DNA of 64,000 nt from Eledone cirrhosa (lineage: Eukaryota): NCBI GenBank assembly GCA_964016885.1, contig OZ024741.1, positions 288,858,001-288,922,000 of the forward strand, read 5' to 3'. A model generated the notes under the pieces. That model was not told where the DNA came from. It worked only from the letters and a program-made list of their open reading frames with translations, and did not search any database. A program made the position numbers and the translations under genes. The first letter of the stretch is position 1. Every line of letters begins with the position of its first letter. Shown one piece after another: positions 1-11,290 of this stretch.

Positions 1-1327
1 GGAGAAGCTTTCCCTAAGCCCACTCTCATCGACAACATACAGCTTCTATCCCTCCTACATGGGTAGAAGAACACAGAGAGTAAAAGTAAAAACAATGCTG
101 CCCACAATGGACTTCTGGTGGGCTATTGCTGGCTTCATAGACATGGGCGAAGACACAATGCTGTCAATGGGGAAGGCAACTGGAGATGCGTTCCTGGGAA
201 TGGGCCTCGACATACTAGTCCAAATGAGGCCCGAAAGAATAGCACAAATCCCGGATCGCATCTGGCTGGATGACCTTACCCCAATAGACATAATTGTAGA
301 GGGGAGAAGACCAGCATGCTATTTATGCATGGAAAGGGGACACGTTAAGGCTAACTGCCCGAAACGTATCCCCCAAAAAGGACTATTGCCCACACCCACC
401 ACAAACAGTACACCAACACCACCCACCTCCAAAAATACACTAATACCACACACAGCAAACAAAATACAGACACCACCAACCACAAACACAACACAAACAT
501 CACCACCACCAGCACCAAACACAAGCACGACACAAAAATCACCACCACCAACCACAACACAAACATCACCATCACCAACCACAAGCACGACACAAACATT
601 ACCACCACCACCACCACCACAAAACCCATTCCAAACAAATAAAAAAAAAACAGTAACAAATCTACCCCTCCCGCAAAAAAAAAAACAACCACACAACACG
701 TCCCTCCCACCTAGCGCTGAAGAGTTTCCCCCAACTTCTGAAGAAGAAGGAGGAGAAGCCTTCAGACAAGTTAAAAGAAAAAAAAGAAAACACACACCCA
801 GCACACCACAAATAACCCGCACACAAACACCAACTCCAATCAAAAACACCCCACCCTCAACAAACAAAAATAAATCTGCGCCTCCCCTCTCCGAAACATT
901 GACAGCATCACAAAAAAAGACGTTGCAATACACATATATAAATAAAGAAAACAAAAAACTGGTTAAATTAATAAACAATAACCCTATGGTGCAGACCGAA
1001 GGGCCAAACTTTATCTCAACAGAGAATTTCACCCATTTAAAAATGATAAAGGTCCCTCTGGACCTTTATCGTTCCTTAAAAGAACAATTTAGACGGGACG
1101 TGAGCCCCCCCCCCCCCTGTTTAAAACCGTTGAATCGCGTCCTCTTGAAAGATTTCCCCATAACCGCCCCTCTCCCTGACACAACTCCAAATACCCCAAC
1201 CCCACCACACACGTGTACCCCCACACCACCACAAAACATCCCTCCACCCAACACACCTGATGCCATGGAAATTACGCAACCCGGAGAGGTAAGTGCTTTT
1301 CTTTCTTCACTTTCAACACCAAAATAG
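1..1327 (+). CDS. Tx1 ORF1 gag-like nucleic-acid-binding protein (5'-partial)
   Basis: Zinc knuckle CYLCMERGHVKANC, Pro/Thr-rich linker, basic KRKKRK; stop TAG at 1325-1327. Confidence 0.9.
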   Translation, partial: EKLSLSPLSSTTYSFYPSYMGRRTQRVKVKTMLPTMDFWWAIAGFIDMGEDTMLSMGKATGDAFLGMGLDILVQMRPERIAQIPDRIWLDDLTPIDIIVEGRRPACYLCMERGHVKANCPKRIPQKGLLPTPTTNSTPTPPTSKNTLIPHTANKIQTPPTTNTTQTSPPPAPNTSTTQKSPPPTTTQTSPSPTTSTTQTLPPPPPPQNPFQTNKKKTVTNLPLPQKKKQPHNTSLPPSAEEFPPTSEEEGGEAFRQVKRKKRKHTPSTPQITRTQTPTPIKNTPPSTNKNKSAPPLSETLTASQKKTLQYTYINKENKKLVKLINNNPMVQTEGPNFISTENFTHLKMIKVPLDLYRSLKEQFRRDVSPPPPCLKPLNRVLLKDFPITAPLPDTTPNTPTPPHTCTPTPPQNIPPPNTPDAMEITQPGEVSAFLSSLSTPK

Positions 1328-1332
1328 ATCAA

Positions 1333-4300
1333 TTGAGAGTTGGCTGTTTGAACGCGCGTGGCCTGGGCTCAGCTTGGAAGCAAGCAAAGCTTCTAAGTGA
1401 CCTCAGGTCACAAAGTATAGATGTGATGGTTGTTTGCGAGAGTCGGATCAGCAGCGTGAGACAGCTGGCGCCCGCCTTCGATGACTTTGAGATGCACGCA
1501 TCTCTCTGTCAACCCGGAGGCGGGGGGGGGGGGGGGTGCCGTACTGCTGGATAAACGTCTGACTCTCGACGTACAGATTGTTCACTCGGACCCGGGGGGT
1601 CGATTACTGGTGCTGGACGTCGGAGGCGGTGAAGGCGGGGCTTTCAGACTGGTCGGTCTTTATGCTCCCTTCGGGGCGGAAAGAGCCGACTTCTTCCAGC
1701 GTCTGGAGACTTTTCTAGGAACGTCGCGTTCCCTGCTTTTAGTGGGGGACTGGAATGGAATCCTAGATGCGCGTTGGGACTATGCAGGGGCATGTCCCGA
1801 TAGAGGGGGGTGTAGCAGCCTCAAGGGGTTACTCGATCGATTCGACCTGGTCGATAGATTTCGACTAGATTGTCCAACTGCGCCAACCTGAACCTGGGCA
1901 AACCGCAGTGGACAATCTAGATCGTACCTAGATAGGTTTTTGGTTAGAAGTAAGGATAGGGACGTATTTAGTTGTCCAGAACTGATCATGGTTGGCTATT
2001 CAGATCACAAATTAGTGACCTGCGTGGTCAACCTTGATAGAACGCATAGACAGGGTCCCGGTTACTGGAAGATGAACTTGTCTTTGCCGACAAAGAAAGA
2101 TTACAGAAACCGGATTAGTAGCTTAGTTAAGATGCGGTTGACGGGAGCGATCGTCAACAGTAGGTGGTGGGTATCTCTAAAGAGAGAGATTAGAGTAAGT
2201 TCGATAGGTTACAGTAAGGAACTAGCGGCGAATAGAAATAGGAAGGAAAGGGAGTTAACAGATAAACTAGAAGAGGCGATTAGGAGCGGAGACGTAGCCA
2301 GAGTGTTAGCGGCGAGAACGGCGTTGAGCCAGTTCTTTGACGCGAAGCACGAAGGCTGCGTTGTCCGAAGTAAAATACGTGCTTTAGGAAACGAGGGGAC
2401 CAAAGCTGTTAGCTGGACCCGCGTGACAGAAGCCAAGAGTGGGATTAAATCCACCATTCGGTCTTTGCGAGACCAGGATGGACGGGTGATCCTTGAACCT
2501 GAGCGAATGTGCGAGGCCTTTCAAAGGCACTTTGCTCGACTGTTCGGAGGTGGCGGGGGGCCGGACGGGGATGTGGACTTCGGTCCATACCTCGACGGTC
2601 TACCGCGTCTTTCGAGCGGCGAAGCGGAGTGCTGCGAAAGGCCAATCACAGCCACTGAAATCGGGGAAGCGCTCAGCCAATGCAGCAGACGCAAATCCCC
2701 GGGTCTCGATGGTCTACCATACGAACTTTATTTAGCTATGCCGGTCTTGTTCTCCGAACTCCTCGAGGCTGTCTATTGCAACTGGCAACAGAACGGGAGA
2801 ATTCCCTGTTCTGTGACCAAGGGCGTGGTCACGCTAGTGAGGAAGGACGAGAGCAAGGGGGACGACTTAAGTAACTTTAGGCCCATAACTCTGCTGAATG
2901 CAGAGTTACGGATTTTGGCCAAGGTGTTGGCGAAGAGGTTGGCGCTTGTGGTGGGTGGTTTGGTGGGAGACGCGCAGACATGCGCTATCCCGTCCAGGTC
3001 CATTCACGACAACCTCCACCTCATGCGATACATCATAGAGAGGGTTGGCTACGAACCCGGCTTTGGTGGGGCCCTGATCAACTTGGATCAATCTAAGGCG
3101 TTCGATAGGGTCGACCATGGTTACCTGGATGCGGTGCTAGCGGCGGCGGGCTTCGGACCCGTTTTCAGGGGCTGGATTTCTGCCATGCACAGTGGCAACA
3201 TCTACTCTAGGATTAAAGTAAACGGCTACCTCTCGGAGCCGTTTCAAATCACCCGATCCATCAGACAGGGGTGCCCCCTCTCCTCCCTTCTGTACGTATT
3301 GACTCTCGAGCCACTGCTGCGGAAGTTGGAGTTGCTGCGGGGCATACCCCTGGAACCGGGATTGCACAATGCGGTCTCGGCCTATGCCGACGACGTAACA
3401 GTAATGGTGGCGGACGCCTCGGAAATCGGGGCGATCGCCACCCTACTGGAGGAATACGAAAGGCTGACGGGGGCTAAGCTGAACCAGGACAAGTCAGTCG
3501 GTTTGCAACTCGGAACGTGGAGGGGCAAACCGATGCCGTTAGACGGTGTCGTCGGGCGGTGGACGGAGGGCCCCGTGAAGCTGCTCGGGGTCTGGTTCGG
3601 ACCGGACCTCCAGGTGGAGAAGAATTGGGGCGAGGTGACGAGCAGGGTGTTTGCGCTGACCCAGAAGTGGGCCAAGTGCAAACTATCACTGAAAGGTCGG
3701 GCGGAGGTGACGAACGCTTACATAGCGTCCGTCATCTACTACCGCCTGACCGTCGTGCCTTGCCCCAAGGAAAAGCTCACCATCATGGAACGCATGCTCT
3801 TCCAGTTCCTCTGGAAGAAGCGGCCTCCCATGGTGAGGAGATCCATCTGCTGCCAGCACCCTTCGAAAGGAGGGCTGGGTATGCCGTGGCTGTTGATGCG
3901 TAGGCACGCATTGAGGCTACGGCATCTACAGGTATTCCTCAACGGTCAGCCGGTGTGGGCCCCGTTTGTGAGGCGAGCCTTCCCACAGCTCGTCTCGCTC
4001 ACCGAACTGCAATCCTGGGTGAAGCAAAGACCGAGAAAACTGGGCAACTGGCACACCGAGTGTGCCCAGGCGCTCACGGCTATCTGGCAAGCGGACCCGA
4101 CTGTCAGTGGAGAATCCACCTCGACATTCTATAGAGGGTTGGTGGCTAGCAGGGGCGACGACACCCTTGGAGAGTCGCTAGGCATGGAGGAGGACGAACT
4201 GGCCAGCCTGTTCGGTAGAACTTTCGGCTCGGGACCCATGGACAACTTCCAGAGGTCCCTAGCCTGGCAGTGTTACCGGGGGGCTCTGCCCGTTCGAGAA

Positions 4301-4765
4301 AAGCTCTACAGACACGGGCGCCCGGGCAGGGATCCCGCGAAAAAGATCTGTCCCAGATGCGTGCGCGACGAGGAAACCGTTGCGCATGCACTGGTACACT
4401 GCCCGGGCGTTGCCGATCTGTGGGGCTACGTCGAACGACTGCTGTCGCGTGTGGCGCCGATTCGATTAACCGCCGAGTCTGTGGTGAACATCAAGCCGCC
4501 TCCTCCCTTCAGAAATGAAGCAGAGGCGGTCTTTCTGTGCGTAATAGCCATGATGAAAGAGGTTGTGTGGTGGACGCGCCTGAAAGGTCTGAGGTCGGGT
4601 GACTTTCTCTCCGGCCATCACCTGGTTTACTTCTTCCGATACCACTTCGGAAGAAGGATCAGGATGGAGAGAGAAGTGCTTGGTCCCAGACAGTTTTATG
4701 AAAGGTGGGTGAAAGAAGCGAGAATGGCCCGTGTAAATGGGCCTTCTCTCTACATTGTTCTGTAG
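1333..4765 (+). pseudogene. Tx1 ORF2 (APE endonuclease, reverse transcriptase, zinc finger), disrupted
   Basis: CLNARG, GDWN, YSDH, PGLDG, RQGCPLS, YADD, CPRC..H..C motifs; frameshift in G-run ~1522-1536; TGA at 1889-1891 where copy 2 has TGG. Confidence 0.92.
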
Positions 4766-5028
4766 GTGAAGAAGTGAAGAGGAAAGGGGGAGCGCCTCCT
4801 CTCTGGGCTTCCCCCGCGAAAAGAGTTGCACACTTTTCGGGGGTATGTGCAATGCCCAACACGCCCCCTCCCTTTTGAGGGCTTTTTATTGTTATATTAT
4901 TATTGTTATTCCTTTTTTCTTTACTCGATTTATGTAAACTCCCCCACTGTGTAAATGTCCCCTTCTTTTGTGCCCTCGTGGCAAATAAATAGAAATTTAT
5001 CTATCTATCTATCTCTATATATATATAT

Positions 5029-5823
5029 CTGTTCGGTAGGACCTTCCGCCCGGGACCGATGGACAACTTCCAAAAGTCCCTGGCCTGGCAGTGCTACCGA
5101 GGAGCTCTACCAGTTCGAGACAAGCTCTACAGACATGGGCGCTCGGGCAGGGACCCTGCAAAAAAGATCTGTCCGAGGTGCGTGCGAGACGACGAAACCG
5201 TCGCGCACGCATTCATACACTGCCCGGGCGTCACTGACCTGTGGGGCTATGTAGAACGACTATTGTCGCGGCTGGGACCAATCCGGTTGACCACCGAGTC
5301 CATTGTCATGATCAAACCGCCACCCTCCTTCAAAAACGAAGGAGAGGCGGTTTTCCTTTGTGTGATAGCTATGGCGAAAGAGGTTGTATGGTGGACAAGG
5401 TTGAAAGGGCTGAGGTCAGACACCTTTCTCTCCGGCCAACAACTGATTCTTTTTTTCAAATACCACTTTGGAAGAAGAATCAGGATGGAGAGAGAGGTGC
5501 TGTACCCCAGCAAGTTTTATGAAAGGTGGGTGAAAGTAGCGAGAATGGCCCAAGTGAATGGGCCTTCTCTCTATATCAGCCTGTAGGTTTAGAAAAAGGA
5601 GGAGGAGAGGAAAGGAGTACAAACTCTTCGTACTCCTGGAGATGAGGGTTGCACATTTTTTTCCGGGGGTATGTGTTACCCATATGAACTGTCTCCCCCT
5701 ATTGGGGAAAATCGACTAATTTTTTAAATTGCATTTGTGATAACATTTTACACGTTTTTATTGTATGTAAACTTCCCCCTTTGTATTTGTCCCCTTCTTT
5801 TGTGCCTCTGTGGCTAATAAATA

Positions 5824-5826
<3 letters not shown>
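5029..5826 (+). mobile_element. 5'-truncated Tx1 copy (ORF2 C-terminal zinc finger + 3' UTR)
   Basis: ORF 5059-5586 homologous to the ORF2 C-terminus; starts right after the tail of copy 1. Confidence 0.92.
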
Positions 5827-5873
<47 letters not shown>

Positions 5874-5902
5874 AAAGAATAGAGGTGTAACACACAAGTT
5901 AT

Positions 5903-6141
5903 TATATATTGGTAAACGGAATAGAAAATGCTGACAAATTGTTCACAGTTGAAAACTGGTTTAATTAGGAATAAAAGAGTATTAGTGATTGTATGGGTTA
6001 GTATTCAGTTGTGGTTTTAAGTTTTTAAAAACTTAAAACCACAACTGAATACTAACCCATACAATCACTAATACTCTTTTATTCCTAATTAAACCATTTT
6101 TCAACTGTGAACAATTTGTCAGCATTTTCTATTCCGTTTAC

Positions 6142-6150
<9 letters not shown>
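5903..6150. repeat. Spacerless ~248 bp palindrome
   Basis: Arms mirror about 6026/6027 with one mismatch; bounded by TA runs. Confidence 0.95.
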
Positions 6151-6170
<20 letters not shown>

Positions 6171-6173
<3 letters not shown>

Positions 6174-6488
6174 TTCTTCCTTGCTGCGCCAACAGTGGCC
6201 AGCAAATCTGAGTCTCTGTCCACCCATTGACCTGCTGATAGGTGGTATATTGCCATAGAGATCCTTATTTGTTGGGTGTTCCCTCCAAGACACGTTTAAA
6301 GCGTGTGTTGTTATGGAGTCCATCTCATGGAGCAAGAAACGCTGGTCGTCCCAAGAAGACATACGCCAAGCAACTTGAGGACGATACTGGATGCACTTCG
6401 GAAGAACTGGCAAACGCTATGAGAGACAGAGATGGATGGAGGAAACGTGTCGTAGAAAGCCGAGCAAGCTCAACCTGATGATGATGAT
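6171..6488 (+). mobile_element. RTE-clade LINE 3' end with 5' inversion
   Basis: Minus 6302-6172 reads ALNVSWREHPT..FAGHCWRSKEE; plus 6305-6478 reads VLLWSPSHG..GRP..DRDGWR; (TGA)n tail. Confidence 0.85.
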
Positions 6489-6499
6489 ATATATATATA

Positions 6500-7104
6500 G
6501 GAATGAAAAATAGCGTGCTGTGTGGTTGCATATGTGATGTACATATTAAAATGAAGAATTAGAAATAGAAGCCAGGACTATCCATCATCAGTGGTCTACT
6601 AGCCATCATAGGTATTTCTTCGCATTACAGACCAGATACCTCAGGGTACCGCGAACAATAACTAAAATAGGTTATTGGGATAAAAAGAATTGGGTGGGGA
6701 AAGAGAGACAGGTAAACAAACATGAATGGTGAGGCAACGTAAAGAGAGGAAAAAATGAGAAAATAAAGTCAATGATTCAATTGAACATAAGAACTTGTGA
6801 ATATTGACGAGAAGACGAGAGACACATCCCAACCATGCGAAAGTAAGCGAGGAAAGAATTTCGCACGGTCTGGAACGACGGAGGAAGTGAGAGAGAGGGT
6901 GAGTAGCAGAGAGTGAGTGAGTGAAAGTGTGAGGAAGAGGCTAGCCGAGAGAGGAGGACTAGAAGAGGGGGTGAATGAAAGTAAGATGGAGGAGAGAGAA
7001 GGGGGAGAGAGAAAGAGGATAGCAGTAAGGGAAGAGAAAAGACATGTTACAGTGAAGGGGAAAGCATATAGAAATGAAAAATGGCGTGCTGTGTTGTTGC
7101 AAAT
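6500..7104 (-). mobile_element. (TA)n-inserted terminally redundant element carrying the rearranged hammerhead motif (copy 1)
   Basis: ~32 nt direct repeats at 6502 and 7073 (offset 571, 3 mismatches); homologous to 61956-62517; pyrimidine-rich sense strand. Confidence 0.75.
6579..6682 (-). ncRNA. Putative non-canonically ordered hammerhead ribozyme
   Basis: Minus strand: TATCC-hairpin-TTCGC..GGTATC TGGTCT..GCGAA GAAATACC..AGACCA CTGATGA T GGATA. Confidence 0.6.
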
Positions 7105-7204
7105 ATATATATATATATATGTGCGTGTGTGCATATAGTTAGACAGATATATATTTTTCTTACCTCTTTCTCTCTCACTAACACCCTCTTTCTCTATCTC
7201 CCTC

Positions 7205-7270
<66 letters not shown>

Positions 7271-7314
7271 TATGTATATACTTTCAGACGTTCAACCATT
7301 TGGCAGGAAGGTTT

Positions 7315-7357
7315 ACGTTGCTGACGATAGCTAATAAGCTTGAAACTAGTACAGCGT
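7315..7357 (+). ncRNA. Minimal type I hammerhead ribozyme (PLE type)
   Basis: ACGTTG CTGACGA tAGCT-aata-AGCTt GAAA CTAG TA CAGCGT; palindromic stem III ACTAGT; GUA triplet. Confidence 0.8.
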
Positions 7358-7625
7358 TCCTTTGTCAGTGTTGAACAAATGAGCAACGATGGTTGTTAGA
7401 CACTGCGGCTTAATTCGGGATGTTTGTTTACAAACACACCGAGCATTATAATAAATGTTCGGTGAATCCATACGTACATATTATATATATATATGTATGC
7501 ATGTATGTATATATATATACATACTACTGTACGTCTGTATACATATATGTATGTACGTATACATACTTATATTTAAGTAACAGCCGTACTAAGAGTGAGA
7601 AATGAAATTTCGTTTCATTATTTCC

Positions 7626-7678
<53 letters not shown>

Positions 7679-7744
7679 TTATGTAATAAACAACATAAGA
7701 TAATTATTTCATTTACCCTGTACCTTTCCGACGCAATTACTTCA

Positions 7745-7782
<38 letters not shown>

Positions 7783-7979
7783 TATATACATATACATATA
7801 TATGTGTATATAGATATAGATATACATATATACATATACGCACACACATGCACACACACATATATATTTATACATATACATATATATATATCCATACATC
7901 AATATGTGTATGCGCATACACATGTGTAGGTATGTGTATGGCTATCACTTATGACCGTCTGTCTGTATGCGTCAACACA

Positions 7980-8965
7980 CTCACATAAACACACAGAAAC
8001 ACACACTCACACACACGCACATATATATGTATGTATATATATATATGTGTGTGTGTATGTGTGTGTGTATATATGTATGTGTATATGTGTGTGTAGGTGT
8101 GTATGTGTGTGTTCGTGTATGTGCGTGTTTATGTATGTGGATATGTGTGTGTAGGTGTGTGTATATGTGTGTTCGTGTATGTGTGTGTGTATGTGCGTGT
8201 GTGTATGTGTGTCTGTGTATGCATGTGTGCGTATATGTGTGTGTATGTGTATATGTATGTGTGTCTGTGTATGTATGTGTGCGTATGTGTGTATGTGAGT
8301 ATATGTGTGTCAATGTTATATGAGCGTATATATGTGAGTGTATATATCTGTGCATGTGTGTGCATATGTGCGTGTGTATGTGTGTATGAGCGTATATGTC
8401 TGACTGTGTATATGTGTGTTGATGTATGTATGTGTATGTATGTATGTGTGTGTGTGTGTGCGTATATGTGTGTATGTGTCTGTATGTGTTTATGTTTGTG
8501 TGAGTGTGTGTATATGTGTGTGTGTATATGTGCGTGTGTGTATGTGTGTATATGTGTGTCTGTCTATGTGTGTGTGTGAGTGAGTGTGTGTGTATGTGTC
8601 TATATGTGTGTCTGTGTATGTGTGTGGGAGTGTGTGTATATATATGTGCATGTGTGTGTATATGTGTGTGTGTATGTGTGTGTATGTGTGTATATGTGTG
8701 TCTGTCTATGTGCCTGTGTGTATGTGTATGTGAGTGCTTATATTTGTGTCTGTATATGTTTATGTATGTATGTGTGAATGTGTGTATGTGTGTGAGAGGG
8801 TGTATATATGTGTGTGTGTATGTGTGTATGTGTGTATATGTGTGTCTGTCTATGTGTCTGTCTGTGTGTGTGTGTGTGTGTGAGTGCGTATATGTGTGTC
8901 TGTATATGTGTATGTATGTATGTATGTATGTATGTGTGAATGTGTGTTTGTGTGTATCTGTGTGT
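7980..8965. repeat. Degenerate (TG/TA)n microsatellite
   Basis: About 1 kb of TG/TATG low complexity. Confidence 0.95.
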
Positions 8966-9775
8966 TTAAGACTGATTTTTCCCGTCTACAACAAGGCTAT
9001 CCACCCTTTCTCTTCGTTAGCGTTGTTCATTATACAAGACTATAATTACTTCGTTGACGTCAGCCTCACAGGCAACAGACGGCTATTTCGGGGTCGAACC
9101 TCTCTTTCTCTCTCCTTTTTTTTTTTATTACTGTATTTTTCTTTTTAATCTCTCTTCCTGTCTTCCTTCCTTTTTTTTCATTCTTCCGCTGTTTCTTGTT
9201 CCGCCTACCACACCCCTATCTAAAGTCATTTTGTTTTCCTTCTATTTTATATCTTTTCTTTTAGTCTCGCTCGTTCTTTTTCTGTTCATTCGCCAGTCAT
9301 TAATTCATTTATTCGCGAAATCACTCGCCCCCTCCTTTCTCTCCTTCCCTGTTTTTCTCCTTCCTTTTCTTATTCACTCAATCACTCATTCCTTCTTTCA
9401 TCCATTCACTCAACCATTCACTCACACTCTTACCCATTCACTCAATTTCTCGGATCTCTATCTCACTATCTCACTATCTCGTTCCCTCAATCTCCTCCTC
9501 CAGTTTCCGTCAATCTCGCAGAACTCCACTCACGAAGTCACTCATATTCTCACTTATCCCTTTAACTCCGTGATTTTTCACAAATAATTTGAATGTTATA
9601 TTTTAGTGAAGAAATCGGAATAAGAGCAAACCACAACTAAAATTGTCGCCTCTATTTGCTGGAAAGATCAAAATACAAGTATTATTCCTTGACATATATT
9701 GTTAAGTTTTCTAAACATATATATTTCTAATTAGCTTTAAATGCTCCTGGTTTTAAATTACATAAATCTATATAA

Positions 9776-10550
9776 CATTGGTACATGGCCAGTGATTTGG
9801 GGGGAAGGGAGTTTCGATTAAATTGACCCCAGCAGTTTATTGGTCCTTGATTATCGACCCCGTAAGGAAGAATGTCAAAGCAAAAATTAGGGGGATTTGA
9901 ACTCAGAAGGGATTTGAACATAACTATGATATATGCCACAAAGTATATTGTCCGGCGCTCTACCGATACTGCCAATCCACCACCTTTTATGATAATAATA
10001 TTAATAATGGTTTCTGATTAGGTACAAGGCCGAAAATTTTGGGGGTGGGGAAAGTCGATCAAATCGACCCCAGTGCATGACTGGTGCTTTATTTTATCGA
10101 CCCCATAAGGATGAAAGACAAAGCTAACTTTGGTGTGATGAATAATAATTGTTTCTACATTTGGCACAAGGCCAGCAATTTCCCAGTACATTACTGGTAC
10201 TTTATTTTATCGACCCCGTAAGGATGAAAGGCAAAGTTAACCTGGGTGGGATTTGAACTCAGTCTTTAAAGGGACGTAACTATGCTAGAAAGCATGGCGT
10301 CCGACCCTCTCCCCATACTGCCAAAATGGTGTCTGATTTAGACACAAGACCAGCAATTTGAGGGGAAGGGGAAAGTCGATCAAATCGGTCCACGTGCGTG
10401 ACTGGTACTTTGTTTTATCGACCCTGTAAGGATGAAAGGCAAAACTGATTTAGCTGGATTTGAAATCAAATCAAATCAGAACATAAGGCAGCGTAACTAA
10501 ATGCTATACAGCCTTTTGCTCGAATCTATAATGTTTCTGCCAATCTACCA
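9776..10550 (-). mobile_element. Cluster of four Nin-domain tRNA-derived SINEs
   Basis: Repeated reverse complement of GCCTTTCATCCTTACGGGGTCGATAAAATAAAGTACCAG and of the B-box GAGTTCAAATCC. Confidence 0.85.
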
Positions 10551-10956
10551 TATTCGTTGTTTTCTGTTACAGATGGTCTGTGTCTCTTTATTGGGAAAGT
10601 TCCTCTCGAAGGTGCAGATCTGGACAGGGTTTGTTTTTAAATCGAAAACTATCAGTTGCCCATGCAGGCAAGCCTCCTCTCTAAACGTCAATGATGTTTC
10701 CCAAGCGAAGGTGAGAGTCAATAACATTATAATATAGAATTCCTGACAAAACAAGGCGAACAACTAAGGAGGATCTTCTGATATCATAATATAAAACAAA
10801 ATAATGACACAAAGATGCAGTATACATAAAACTAATTATAATAACTTCCTTGAGAAATATTAACTCAGTGGTCCACCACTTCCTACCACTCCCACAATAC
10901 TTTATGACCACTGTTAAGCACGTAACCAATACCCTACAAGTATGAACGATCTGATT

Positions 10957-10990
10957 CTGAAGATAGGGCCATGAAGTTTTCGAAACGTTA
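10957..10990 (+). ncRNA. Degenerate minimal hammerhead
   Basis: CTGAAGA..cGAAACGTTA with AACGTT palindrome; stem I poor. Confidence 0.4.
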
Positions 10991-11090
10991 CACACATATG
11001 GTTTTATGAATACTAAGGTTCCAAACTAAGCATAAGGACCCAATAAGGAAATAGGAAAAATTTAGGCATAATTGTGTTTTCAATATAATA

Positions 11091-11290
11091 NNNNNNNNNN
11101 NNNNNNNNNNNNNNNNNNNNNNNNNNNNNNNNNNNNNNNNNNNNNNNNNNNNNNNNNNNNNNNNNNNNNNNNNNNNNNNNNNNNNNNNNNNNNNNNNNNN
11201 NNNNNNNNNNNNNNNNNNNNNNNNNNNNNNNNNNNNNNNNNNNNNNNNNNNNNNNNNNNNNNNNNNNNNNNNNNNNNNNNNNNNNNNNNN
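11091..11290. other. Assembly gap (200 N)
   Basis: Run of N. Confidence 1.

Larger units (their letters stand above)
1..4997 (+). mobile_element. L1/Tx1-clade non-LTR retrotransposon, family A copy 1 (5' end outside window)
   Basis: ORF1 with CX2CX4HX4C followed by ORF2 APE/RT/zinc finger; 3' UTR ends AATAAA..(TATC)n; near-identical to 44958-50375. Confidence 0.95.

Noticed and set aside
319-1032. Long antisense ORFs over Tx1 ORF1
   Set aside because: They are a by-product of the A/C-rich strand lacking reverse stops; no recognisable motifs.
1289-1327. GAG|GTAAGT...polypyrimidine...TAG mini-intron at the ORF1/ORF2 junction
   Set aside because: Removing 39 nt keeps the ORF1 frame and hits TGA, so it does not fuse the ORFs; the donor is absent in family B (GAGATATGT).
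1-5826. Segmental duplication of A plus truncated copy (versus 44958-51215)
   Set aside because: The A copies are near-identical, but the downstream truncated copies differ in start point, coding sequence and 3' UTR, so they are independent insertions.
10573-10710. 138 nt AG/GT-bounded open segment
   Set aside because: No recognisable protein or partner exons; cannot be supported.
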